Shown here piece by piece: positions 50,976 to 60,559 of a DNA stretch of 64,000 nt. Location of the stretch: positions 2,325 to 66,324 of the forward strand of contig CAWIHR010000068.1 of assembly GCA_963835945.1 (NCBI GenBank), written 5' to 3'. This DNA is from an uncultured Chloroflexia bacterium. Lineage in GTDB: Bacteria; Chloroflexota; Limnocylindria; Limnocylindrales; CSP1-4. The position numbers were made by a program, and so were the translations under genes. The notes beneath the pieces were generated by a model, which worked only from the letters and a program-made list of their open reading frames with translations, did not search any database and was not told where the DNA came from. Within the stretch, counting starts at the first letter, position 1. Every line of letters starts with the position of its first letter.

Positions 50976-51764
50976 ATGAATGTGACTACCTGCGCGGCTG
51001 CCCAGGACCTGATCGACGCCTTCGTGACCGGAGGCCTCCCGGACCCGGCTGCCACGTCGCTCGCCGACCACGTGCGGACCTGTCCTGCCTGCGCCGCGCG
51101 CCTCGGCAGCATTACTCGCCTCGTGGAGCTCCTAGCCGCACTTCCCGACGTGCCACCTACTCCTGACTTCGACGAGCGTGTCATGCTGGCCTCGCTCGCG
51201 GACCGGCGTCGGCGCCACGAGCATCGCAACTGGTTGGCCGATCTGTGGACGCAGATCCTGCGCGGCACGGTGCGCACGACGGGCACGTTCATGGCCACGG
51301 TCGCCATCGTTGCGGTCCTCGCCGTCGGTGGCGTGTGGGCGGCCTCGAACCTCGTGCCGGGCTTCGCCCAGCAGGTGGGCCTCGCGCCGCAGCCGACGCC
51401 GAGGCACGTGGCGGTCACGCTCGCGACGCCGTCTCCCACCGCGACTCCGGCGGCGAGGGCCACGCCCGCGCCGCTCGTCGTCGCGGCGACCACGAGACCC
51501 ACACCGGCGCCCACGCCTTCTCCCACCCAGCGGCCCACGCCCGCCGCGACGACGAGCCCGACCCCTTCGCCATCGCCTAGCCCGACCCCGGCACCCACTA
51601 GCACCGTGGCTGCTCAAACTGTCACACCACCGCCGTCCGCCTCGGCCACGCCGACCCCGACCGCGTCACCATCGCCCACACGCAAGCCGCGCCGCTGCCC
51701 GCCGGGCACCGCGTGCTACTCACCTACCCCGACGCCGGGTGCGGCGTCTCCCACATCGCCGTAA
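50976..51764 (+). CDS. zf-HC2 anti-sigma factor with a TM helix and a Pro/Thr-rich extracytoplasmic tail
   Basis: The H-x3-C-x2-C motif is in ADHVRTCPACAARL. The TM helix is GTFMATVAIVAVLAVGGVWAA. A PT-rich tail of about 130 aa follows (TPAPTPSPTQRPTPAATTSPTPSPSPSPTPAPT). Confidence 0.75.
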   Translation: MNVTTCAAAQDLIDAFVTGGLPDPAATSLADHVRTCPACAARLGSITRLVELLAALPDVPPTPDFDERVMLASLADRRRRHEHRNWLADLWTQILRGTVRTTGTFMATVAIVAVLAVGGVWAASNLVPGFAQQVGLAPQPTPRHVAVTLATPSPTATPAARATPAPLVVAATTRPTPAPTPSPTQRPTPAATTSPTPSPSPSPTPAPTSTVAAQTVTPPPSASATPTPTASPSPTRKPRRCPPGTACYSPTPTPGAASPTSP

Positions 51765-51922
51765 CAGCGAGGCGGGCAGTGCCCGTCTCGTCGTTCCGGG
51801 CCTTGCGCAAGGCGTTGTTGTACGTGTTACCGGGGTCCACGCAAAGGAGGGTGGAAGGAAGCCCCGGACCCGGCCCTGCGGGGTCGGACCATCAGCCCAA
51901 TCTCTCTAGGAGGTCTACGGAC

Positions 51923-54900
51923 TTGGGAATCACTAAGAGGGCGATCAGCGTCGGCGTCACTGCCACGATGCTCGCCTCACTCATTGGCGCAGCATTCGCT
52001 GGCGGCGCGGCCGCCGCTACCATGTCTGTCACGACCGAGCTGACGACCCAACCGATCAGCTCGATCAACGCACTTCCGACCGGAACCGCACTGGTCTCCT
52101 TCGTGCCGGTGCAACAGGTCGGCCCCAGCACGACCATCGATGTCAACTTCGGCGGCGGCCTCGGGACCATCGATCCCACGCCGGCCGATTGGCACCTGCA
52201 GCAAGGCACCACCGACGTCGCCTTCACGCTTGCCCCAACGGTCAGCACCAACGGGCAGGTCATTGGCTTCGTGGTGCCCGCTGGCACGACGCTTAATCCG
52301 GCGATCGCCGTGAGCATCGTCGCACAGACCCTCAATGAGGTCGACTACGGCACGAAGGCCGGCACCTTCGACATCACCGTGACCACGCCGCTCGGAGATA
52401 CCGGGTTCGCGACGTACACGGTCACGCCAGGGGCGGCAGCACTAGGCACCGTCTCGGCCAGCCCGACGTCCGTTGCGGCGGACGGCGTTAGCACCTCGAC
52501 CATCACCGCGACGGTCACCGATGCGTCCGCCAACCCGGTCGCAGGCGTGACCGTCAACTTCGCAAAGACCGGATCCGCTGTCCTCTCGGCGGCTTCCGCG
52601 GTGACCAACGCCAGCGGCGTTGCCACAGTCACCGTGACGGATGCCACCGTCGAGTCCTCAACGATCACGCCGACGGCAACGGGCGTTACGTTTACGCCCC
52701 TCACCGTGGCGGTCTCCTTCACCGCTGTGTCGGCCTCGGTGACCTGCACGCCCTCGGGCGGCCCCATCGGGAACGGCGCTCCAGTGAGTTGCGTGTACAC
52801 GCCCGGCAATCCGCTGACCACAGTAAGCTGGACCTCGACGAACTTCACGCCGACAACCAGCAGCACCGATAGCCAGACGTTCACCGCGGCCAACATGAGC
52901 TCGAGCACGGTCACCGGGACCATCACGGCCACCGGTTCGGGCGGGCTCGTCGCGACCTTCACCTATAGCATTAGCCCAACTGCCGTGGCTGCCCCGGGTG
53001 CGCCTACGACGGCTGGCACGATCACCCTGTCCAATACGGTCTCCATCCCGCAGGGGAGCAAGACCCCCGTCACCCTCGGCACGTACACCTTCACCGAAGG
53101 CACGGCGGGTGACTGGCAGGCTAACGACTGGGTGCAGGTGTGCTTCGCCGACAATGCGGGCGCAACCAACACCATGACCCTCGCAGGCGGAGTCGTCACC
53201 GGACCCGGTGCGCTCGACTTCACCGCGGTGGGCGCGGGCCTGTCGATTAGCAACGGCCCGCCCTGCTTCAAGGTGACGCTCGGCGGGAGCAGCACAGGCG
53301 TGGGTGCCTACCTGGAGTCGTTCCAGGTCAGCGGCCTGACCCTGACGGGCGTGGGCCCGACCGGGCTTGTCGCTGCACCCGGCACCATCGTGGGACCTGG
53401 CAGCACCTCTTACGCCACCTACACGTCCTCCATGCATGCGCTGACCCCGGCCGGTGTCTACACCGCGTACTTCGGCGGCGTTAGCGCCACCGCGAGCGGC
53501 ACGCTCGCCGATGCGTACAACTCGTCGAGCCCCGGGGTCGAGCCGGTCGTCGTCAACATGACGGCGGGCAGCAAGGCGTTCCAAACCCCCGGCACGCTGG
53601 TCGTGGGTGGCGCGAAGGCCGAGTCCGCTCCCATCGTCGCAGTCAGCACCGTCGTCGGCTCCCTCTGCGGCACCTTCACGCTTCTGGGCAACCAGGAGTG
53701 CCTGACCGTCGACTTCGCCAATAGCCACAGCGTGGGCGACCCACTCAGCGAGAGCATCTCCGGCCTGTCCGGCACTGCGCCCTCCCCGGGCTCGGTGAGT
53801 GAAGGGCTCGCACTGGCTCTGTATCCCTCTGGCGCAGCTGTCCCGCAGCTCCGCATCGGTGTCACCGATCAGAAGCCGGACAGCGTCAGCCTCTCTGAGC
53901 AGGCCGGCTCCAATGGCGTGATCGCAGTGGGCACGGTCATCACGCTGACCGCGCCCGCGGGGGTGCTCTTCACGAGCGCACCCATCCTTGACCCGGCCTC
54001 CTTTGAGTGCCCGGCGGTGGTCTATGCTGGGACCACCTATGAGGCCTTCCAACTGAACTCCAACATCGCGACGCTGTCGCTCGATCGGTCCAGCGCGACC
54101 TTCACCGTCGAGTACGCCGATCCGGCCTTCACCGTGAGCGGCGCGTCGAGCAACTGCGTCACCAGTCTCGTGTTCGACATGCAGTACGACGTGGCGTCGT
54201 CGAGCGTCGCGGGCGGCGCGATCAATCTGGCCGTGACGGCCGGCGCGATCCCCGTCGTCCCGGCGACCATCGAGAATGCCAGCGTCGGCGCGGGGATCGT
54301 CGTGAACGCCACGGCCCCCACCATCTCCATCGGACAGAATGACCAGGCCCTCGGCACGGTCAACATCGTCGAGAACGCGGCTGGGGCCCTCAGCGCGTCC
54401 GCCAATACGGACACGTTCTTCGTGTGCCTGACCAGCGGCGAGTACTTCACCCGACCCCCGTGGGCGGTCGTGACGGCCGGTAACCTGTTGCTCGGCCTGA
54501 ACGGCGTCCTGACGGGTGCTGGCGTGACCCAGTCGGCCGGCGTGCCGGTCAACATCTCGGGGCCTGGCCTCATCGTCAGCGCACCCAGCTACGCTAACCA
54601 GGCCTGCTATGGCTGGACCGTCTACAGCGCGAGCACCACGGCCTCGACCATCGCGATCGAGGGCGTGAGCGCATCGGGCACACCGACCGCCACGGCGCAC
54701 GTTAACGTGCCGACGACCGAACCGGTCGGGCTCGGTGGACTTGTCGCGGGAACGGCGCTGACGCCCGGACCCACGTACATGGCCATCGGCACCGCGTTCA
54801 GCCTGTCTTCTACCGCCGGCAACCTGATCAACATCGCGACCGTCGCCGTCCGGGCGTTTTCGTCCGGGATCACGGTCACCGCGCTCAGCCAGCCCTACAT

Positions 54901-55693
54901 CGCCCCAGGGACCGTGGCGGGCCCGGCCGGCAACATCAGCTTCGCTGAAACCGGCCCAAACCTCCTCGTTGCCAACGAGGAGATCGAGTGCAACCTGGTT
55001 CCGAACTTCCTCCAGGAGCAATTGCCGGAGCAGTTCGCGTGGGCGAACTCCAACGTGCTGCCGATCGTGAGCACCGGCGCCACGACCGGTCTGCAGGCGC
55101 ACCTGGTCAACACCGGCTCCACCTTCTTCACGCTCATGGTCGACCAGGCAGCAACTAACGGCTTGGGCGTGATCACGGTCAGCAACATCGAGTACAACGT
55201 GGTGTCCGACGCCCCGACGGGCAACGTGCTCATCGAGTGCTTCAACGGCACCGCCGATACCAGCGGCACCCTCGACCAGATCACCGCAACGCTCGGGGCA
55301 GACTTTGATCAGTACGTCTCGAACGCGATCATCGGCACCGCCCCGGTCTTGGGGAAGGTCGTGCTGTCGGCTGACTCGTCGCTCAGCATGAGCGGCCCGT
55401 TCAGCGTCACCACGAAGATCGTCAAGAAGGGCGGGTCGATCACCTTCCGCGTCCGGAGCAATCCGACGCTGGCCGGCGATAAGCTCGGCGTGTGGATCGC
55501 GGTCAAGAGCTCCAGCGGCAGTTGGAGCAGCTACACGCCTCACACCAGCGTGACCACCGACGTGACCGGGACGGCGTACTACACGTACACCTTCACGAAG
55601 ACGGAGTGGCTCGCTTTCCGGTTCCACTTCGGTGGTAGTGCGAAGCTCGCCGCGGCGAACTCGTACCCGTCGGTGTTCGGCCGGGTCGTGTAA
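51923..55693 (+). CDS. Giant secreted surface (S-layer-like) protein, about 1257 aa, with a bacterial Ig-like domain
   Basis: AGGAGG lies 9 nt before TTG 51923. The signal peptide is GITKRAISVGVTATMLASLIGAAFAGGAAAA. A Big_1-like segment reads ASPTSVAADGVSTSTITATVTDASANPVAGVTVNF..NASGVATVTVTD (about 52440-52700). Composition is Thr/Ser/Ala/Gly-rich beta-type, with no Cys-poor enzymatic motifs. A strong hairpin follows the stop. Confidence 0.75.
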   Translation: MGITKRAISVGVTATMLASLIGAAFAGGAAAATMSVTTELTTQPISSINALPTGTALVSFVPVQQVGPSTTIDVNFGGGLGTIDPTPADWHLQQGTTDVAFTLAPTVSTNGQVIGFVVPAGTTLNPAIAVSIVAQTLNEVDYGTKAGTFDITVTTPLGDTGFATYTVTPGAAALGTVSASPTSVAADGVSTSTITATVTDASANPVAGVTVNFAKTGSAVLSAASAVTNASGVATVTVTDATVESSTITPTATGVTFTPLTVAVSFTAVSASVTCTPSGGPIGNGAPVSCVYTPGNPLTTVSWTSTNFTPTTSSTDSQTFTAANMSSSTVTGTITATGSGGLVATFTYSISPTAVAAPGAPTTAGTITLSNTVSIPQGSKTPVTLGTYTFTEGTAGDWQANDWVQVCFADNAGATNTMTLAGGVVTGPGALDFTAVGAGLSISNGPPCFKVTLGGSSTGVGAYLESFQVSGLTLTGVGPTGLVAAPGTIVGPGSTSYATYTSSMHALTPAGVYTAYFGGVSATASGTLADAYNSSSPGVEPVVVNMTAGSKAFQTPGTLVVGGAKAESAPIVAVSTVVGSLCGTFTLLGNQECLTVDFANSHSVGDPLSESISGLSGTAPSPGSVSEGLALALYPSGAAVPQLRIGVTDQKPDSVSLSEQAGSNGVIAVGTVITLTAPAGVLFTSAPILDPASFECPAVVYAGTTYEAFQLNSNIATLSLDRSSATFTVEYADPAFTVSGASSNCVTSLVFDMQYDVASSSVAGGAINLAVTAGAIPVVPATIENASVGAGIVVNATAPTISIGQNDQALGTVNIVENAAGALSASANTDTFFVCLTSGEYFTRPPWAVVTAGNLLLGLNGVLTGAGVTQSAGVPVNISGPGLIVSAPSYANQACYGWTVYSASTTASTIAIEGVSASGTPTATAHVNVPTTEPVGLGGLVAGTALTPGPTYMAIGTAFSLSSTAGNLINIATVAVRAFSSGITVTALSQPYIAPGTVAGPAGNISFAETGPNLLVANEEIECNLVPNFLQEQLPEQFAWANSNVLPIVSTGATTGLQAHLVNTGSTFFTLMVDQAATNGLGVITVSNIEYNVVSDAPTGNVLIECFNGTADTSGTLDQITATLGADFDQYVSNAIIGTAPVLGKVVLSADSSLSMSGPFSVTTKIVKKGGSITFRVRSNPTLAGDKLGVWIAVKSSSGSWSSYTPHTSVTTDVTGTAYYTYTFTKTEWLAFRFHFGGSAKLAAANSYPSVFGRVV

Positions 55694-55746
55694 GAGTCCA
55701 ACCCATGTAGCATCTCCGGCAGCCCACTGACGGGCTCCGGTAGACT

Positions 55747-55778
55747 GAAGGGCCGGGGCGGCAACGCCCCGGCCCTTC
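55747..55778 (+). terminator. Intrinsic-terminator-like hairpin after the giant gene
   Basis: GAAGGGCCGGGGCG-GCAA-CGCCCCGGCCCTTC is a perfect 14-bp stem. GCGTTCTCGTG follows. Confidence 0.7.
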
Positions 55779-55809
55779 GCGTTCTCGTGCGATCAGACGG
55801 AGGCTGCTC

Positions 55810-57426
55810 ATGCGACGGGTCTCTGGGGCGCTCGCGGCCGCCTGGGTGCTCGGCGGTGCGCTGCTCCTCGTCGCGCCAGCCCGGACGTCTGCCGTGTCCG
55901 CGACCGGCAACATCCCGGGCGTGCCCCTGCCCGCGCCCCAGGTGTCGGGGCAGCTGGGCGGCCCTATCTACGACGTCGTCTATTCGGTCGACGTCCCGGC
56001 GGCGCGCGTTCTCTTGGTCTCGCTGTCGGGGACGCCCGGGACCGACTTCGACCTGTATCTCTTCGATGCGACCGCCACGGACATCTACGCAGAGCCCCCC
56101 GTCGGCCTGGTCGACAGATCGACGGGACCCACCAGTACCGAGTCGCTCACGTACCCGACCATCGGCGGCGGGCGCTTCTACGTCGATGTGAGCAGCGCGA
56201 CGAACGCCGAGGGCATGTTCCAACTCAGCGTGCAGGTTGCCACGGACACCACCCCGCCGCACGTCACGCTCAGCCTGGACGGCGGCGCGCCGGCCACGAA
56301 CGCCACCGCCGTGACGGCGACCGTGGTCGCGACCGACGACCTTTCTGGGGTGGTGGACATGCAGCTGAGCGGCGACGGCGCCAACTGGTCGTCTTGGCAG
56401 CCGTACACACCCACGGTTCCCTGGATCTTCCCGGCCGGCGACGGCCCCAAGAGCCTGTGGGTGCGGGTCCGGGACGGGGCAGGCAACTTGTCATCCCTCG
56501 CGAAGGCCACCATCGAGCTCATCACGACCGCCCCGGTGGTGGTCGTGCGCGAACCCGATCCGGCCAGCCCTGTCACAGGAACCCTGCCCACGATCCGGGT
56601 CACTTTCTCGGAACCGATCCGGGTGTCGTCGTGGTTGAACTCAGGACTCCTGCTGCAGGACTTCTCGGGGACCGTGCTCTACGGAACGTATGGCTGGGAT
56701 GCCGCGACTAACACGGGCTCCTTCACGCCGGCCTCGCCTCTAGTGGCGGGGGCCGCCTACTCCGTCTCGCTGGGCAGTGTTGTCGATGAGGCCGGGAACC
56801 CCCTCGTACCGATTGGGACGTGGGTCATTCGCCCGATGATCGTCCCGGTTGTGACGATGAGCCTCTCGCCACGCTTGACCAGTGTCGGTTCCACAGTCGC
56901 CGTGTCGGGCCGCGTCGAAGGCGGGCTCGGGGCGCCAGTGGTCATCGAACGGGCTCTGGCCGGTGGCCCTTGGGTGCAATTCGTCACCGTCTTCCCGACG
57001 CAGGATGGCTCGTTCACGACCGGCGCCGCGATCAACGCCAACAGCAGTTTCCGGGCCGCCGTTGCGGCCACGTCGACCAGCACCGAAGCCACGAGCGTTC
57101 CAGTCCGAGTGCTCGCACGTCGGGGCGTGGCGCTCATAGGCATCAAGCCTTCGGTCAGTCATGGGGTCGCGGCGTACGCACGCCTCTCCCTGACCGCCAA
57201 GGTGACCCCATCTGATCCCGCTGTCTCGGTCACACTGTCCATTGACCGGTACACCGTTGGACGCGGGTACGTGCCGCAGGTCGCCCTGACCCGCTCCACG
57301 GTTGGTGGTCGATACACGTTCTCGTGGCGCCCCGCCCCGGGCTCGTATCGTGTCATCGTGACGACCGCACCCAGTCTTGCGTACGCCAACGGGCTCTCGC
57401 CCACGTACCGATGGGTGGTGCGCTGA
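55810..57426 (+). CDS. Secreted protein with a pre-peptidase C-terminal (PPC)-like domain and SbsA/Big_5-like Ig domains
   Basis: The signal peptide ends ARTSA-VSA. The PPC-like segment is VLLVSLSGTPGTDFDLYLFDATA..GGGRFYVDVSS. Then DTTPPHVTLSLDGGAPATNATAV..DMQLSGDGANWSSW follows. The Big_5-like segment is PTIRVTFSEPIRVSS..TNTGSFTPASPLVAGAAYSVSLG..VDEAGNPL. Confidence 0.7.
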   Translation: MRRVSGALAAAWVLGGALLLVAPARTSAVSATGNIPGVPLPAPQVSGQLGGPIYDVVYSVDVPAARVLLVSLSGTPGTDFDLYLFDATATDIYAEPPVGLVDRSTGPTSTESLTYPTIGGGRFYVDVSSATNAEGMFQLSVQVATDTTPPHVTLSLDGGAPATNATAVTATVVATDDLSGVVDMQLSGDGANWSSWQPYTPTVPWIFPAGDGPKSLWVRVRDGAGNLSSLAKATIELITTAPVVVVREPDPASPVTGTLPTIRVTFSEPIRVSSWLNSGLLLQDFSGTVLYGTYGWDAATNTGSFTPASPLVAGAAYSVSLGSVVDEAGNPLVPIGTWVIRPMIVPVVTMSLSPRLTSVGSTVAVSGRVEGGLGAPVVIERALAGGPWVQFVTVFPTQDGSFTTGAAINANSSFRAAVAATSTSTEATSVPVRVLARRGVALIGIKPSVSHGVAAYARLSLTAKVTPSDPAVSVTLSIDRYTVGRGYVPQVALTRSTVGGRYTFSWRPAPGSYRVIVTTAPSLAYANGLSPTYRWVVR

Positions 57427-57624
57427 TATGGCACGTACCCAGCGAGCGGGAGTCGCTGAGCGCGCCGGGACTGGGCGGTGATTCGCACGGCATCGGTTGG
57501 TTGTCAGTCGGCCTTAGTGGCATGCTGTGGGGCCGAAGGGCTCTGCCTATGAGCACCCGCTCGCGAGCAGAATATGTGGATCCTCTCGCAGTGACGGTGT
57601 GCCGCCCGTAATGGAGGTAAGGCA

Positions 57625-60293
57625 ATGAACGGATCCCGGAGCCGACGGCTTGTCGGCGTGTTCGCGGGAGCGGCCCTCGTCGCGCTCCTGCTTCCTGTGC
57701 CGGCCAGCGCGCAGCCACAGGAGATGCTCGTGTTTACGACGCAGCCGGGCGGCGGGGCCGCCGGGACCCCATGGGCTCAGCAGCCGGTCGTCAAGGTGTT
57801 GAACGAGCTGAACCAGCAGGTCGTCACCAGCGATAACTCGACGGTCGTCTACCTGACGATATCGGCCAACCCGGCCGCCGGCACGCTCACCTGCGCGGGC
57901 AACACGTACGAGACCGTCACCAACGGCGTGGCCGCCTTCAGCGGCTGTTCGATCAACACGGCGTCCACGAACCCCTACTCGCTCTACGCCACGAGTAGTG
58001 CTGGCTTTACGCCTGCTACGAGTGCGGGGTTCTATATCACCGGTGGATCGGGCGGCACGTCAAACCACCTCGTCTTCCAGACCGCGCCGAGCAGCGGGAC
58101 GCCGGGCACCCCCTTCTCGGTGGTCGTCTATGTCGAGAACGCCTCCAACGCGCTCGTCTCCGACACCTCGAGCATCACCCTCACCCTTGAGGGTGGAACC
58201 GGGGCCGGCGGGCTCGTCTGCACGCCCACCAACCCCGTGCAGGCAGTGGGTGGCGTGGCCAGCTTCTCCTGCTATGTCCAACTGGGCTCCACGAACCCCT
58301 ACTACCTGTACGCCACGAGTAGCTCTGGCTGGAACCCCGCTACGAGTGCGGGGTTCTTGATCGGCGCGGGGGCCAACCACCTCGTCTTCCAGACCGCGCC
58401 GAGCAGCGGGACGCCGGGCACCCCCTTCTCGGTGGTCGTCTATGTCGAGAACGCCTCCAACGCGCTCGTCTCGGACACCTCGAGCATCACCCTCACCCTT
58501 GAGGGTGGAACCGGGGCCGGCGGGCTCGTCTGCACGCCCACCAACCCCGTGCAGGCAGTGGGTGGCGTGGCCAGCTTCTCCTGCTATGTCCAACAGGGCT
58601 CCACGAACCCCTACTACCTGTACGCCACGAGTAGCTCTGGCTGGACCCCCGCCACGAGTGCGGGGTTCTTGATCGGCGCGGGGGCCAACCACCTCGTCTT
58701 CCAGACCGCGCCGAGCAGCGGGACGCCGGGCACCCCCTTCTCGGTGGTCGTCTATGTCGAGAACGCCTCCAACGCGCTCGTCTCGGACACCTCGAGCATC
58801 ACCCTCACCCTTGAGGGTGGAACCGGGGCCGGCGGGCTCGTCTGCACGCCCACCAACCCCGTGCAGGCAGTGGGTGGCGTGGCCAGCTTCTCCTGTTATG
58901 TCCAACAGGGCTCCACGAACCCCTACTACCTGTACGCCACGAGTAGCTCTGGCTGGACCCCCGCCACGAGTGCGGGGTTCTTGATCGGCGCGGGGGCCAA
59001 CCACCTCGTCTTCCAGACCGCGCCGAGCAGCGGGACGCCGGGCACCCCCTTCTCGGTGGTCGTCTATGTCGAGAACGCCTCCAACGCGCTCGTCTCGGAC
59101 ACCTCGAGCATCACCCTCACCCTTGAGGGTGGAACCGGGGCCGGCGGGCTCGTCTGCACGCCCACCAACCCCGTGCAGGCAGTGGGTGGCGTGGCCAGCT
59201 TCTCCTGTTATGTCCAACAGGGCTCCACGAACCCCTACTACCTGTACGCCACGAGTAGCTCTGGCTGGACCCCCGCCACGAGTGCGGGGTTCTTGATCGG
59301 CGCGGGGGCCAACCACCTCGTCTTCCAGACCGCGCCGAGCAGCGGGACGCCGGGCACCCCCTTCTCGGTGGTCGTCTATGTCGAGAACGCCTCCAACGCG
59401 CTCGTCTCGGACACCTCGAGCATCACCCTCACCCTTGAGGGTGGAACCGGGGCCGGCGGGCTCGTCTGCACGCCCACCAACCCCGTGCAGGCAGTGGGTG
59501 GCGTGGCCAGCTTCTCCTGCTATGTCCAACAGGGCTCCACGAACCCCTACTACCTGTACGCCACGAGTAGCTCTGGCTGGACCCCCGCCACGAGTTCCTC
59601 GTTCTTGATCGGCGCGACCACCGAGCAGCTTGTCTTCGTCACCCCGCCGGGTGGCGGCGCGGCCGGGGCCGTGTGGTCCCAGCAGCCGGTGGTGGCTGTG
59701 GAGTACAACACTGGCGGCGTCGTCAGCACCGATAACTCGACAGTCGTTTACCTGGCGATCGCGACCAATCCGGGGTCGGCGGCACGCTTTCCTGCACGGG
59801 CGGCATTAACTATCTGCGTGTCACCAACGGCTACGCCGACTTCAGCGGCTGCTCGATCAGCGCGGGCTCCGCGTCGAGCTACTACACGCTCCAGGCCACC
59901 AGCAGCCCGTCGTGGACACCGGCCACGAGCAGCGCGTTCTACATCTCGGGCGGACTAACGCGGGTGACGCTCACCGACGCCATCGCCCCCGGGGTGGTGA
60001 AGGTCGGGACGTCCGGGTTCGGCACAAAGAGCCTCGTCGTCGCCGCGAATAGCTATGTCACCATCCTAGTAGGCACGACCCCGCAGTTGGCGGCGGGGAC
60101 CACCGTCACGATCTGGGTCAAGTCGAAGACGGTCGGCTGGCATCAGGTAACGAGTCGGCTCGTCGCTTCTGACGGCACGATCCGCTACTACGCGCGCGTC
60201 AACGGGTGGACCGGCTACCAAGTCAGGTTCGCCGGCAATGCGACCTACGCTCCGGCAGCGAGCCACGGGAGGATTGCCACCAACCCGAGCTGA
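57625..60293 (+). pseudogene. Secreted tandem-repeat surface protein (7 Ig-like modules plus a C-terminal module) with one frame break near nt 59775
   Basis: GGAGG lies before ATG 57625 and a signal peptide is present. The modules run type-A, five type-B of 104 aa each, then type-A. After NPGS the frame shifts, and GTLSCTGGINYLRVTNGYADFSGCSI..SAFYISGG..TVTIWVKSKTVGWHQV..VRFAGNATYAPAASHGRIATNPS-stop continues in the frame of ORF 59964-60293. Confidence 0.75.
58063..59622 (+). repeat. Five tandem copies of a 312-bp unit, nearly identical at the DNA level and in frame (104 aa each)
   Basis: Units start at 58063, 58375, 58687, 58999 and 59311. I noticed only a few substitutions: ctg versus cag in unit 1, tgc versus tgt in units 3-4, and gtctcc versus gtctcg in unit 1. 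The antisense ORF and the +1 ORFs also repeat every 312 nt in the supplied track. Confidence 0.95.
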
Positions 60294-60332
60294 CCCACCG
60301 CTTGGGCTAGGCCGCGGGCGCGGCCTGCTGGA

Positions 60333-60365
60333 CTGGAGCCGTGTCTCGTGGCACGGCTCCAGTTT
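60333..60365 (+). terminator. Rho-independent terminator after the repeat-protein gene
   Basis: CTGGAGCCGTG-tctcgtgg-CACGGCTCCAG is followed by TTT. It lies 40 nt after the stop at 60293. Confidence 0.75.
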
Positions 60366-60559
60366 CGTGTTAAGCATGCACGGTCGGTCGGCCGCCCCAA
60401 CCAGGCCCAGACACTGCGACACGACCACGCGGGCAAGTCGGCGACGGTCAGCGGCAGCGGAAGGACGTACAGCGTTCGCCGGAGTCTGGGTAACCCCCGA
60501 TCCAACGCCTTGGCCGAGACGAGCGCCACCCCGTCCCCCGACCAGGCGGGCGCCCGTCT

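Noticed and set aside
52658-55627. 989-aa ORF on the minus strand
   Set aside because: It is the antisense shadow of the giant surface-protein gene. It is Arg/Gly/Asp/His-rich junk, with no signal peptide or motifs. The + strand frame has an RBS, a signal peptide, Ig-like motifs and a terminator.
58060-59529. 489-aa minus-strand ORF and the periodic 76-aa + strand ORFs (58442, 58754, 59066, 59378)
   Set aside because: They simply inherit the 312-nt periodicity of the coding repeats in the true frame (57625 frame). Their composition is Arg/Gly-rich junk.
58063-59622. Could the 312-bp repeats be a CRISPR array, or a template/variable-repeat pair of a diversity-generating retroelement?
   Set aside because: The units are contiguous with no unique spacers. 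They are far longer than CRISPR repeats and are in frame within a secreted protein. The few differences between units are not adenine-specific, and no reverse transcriptase or cas gene is present in the window.
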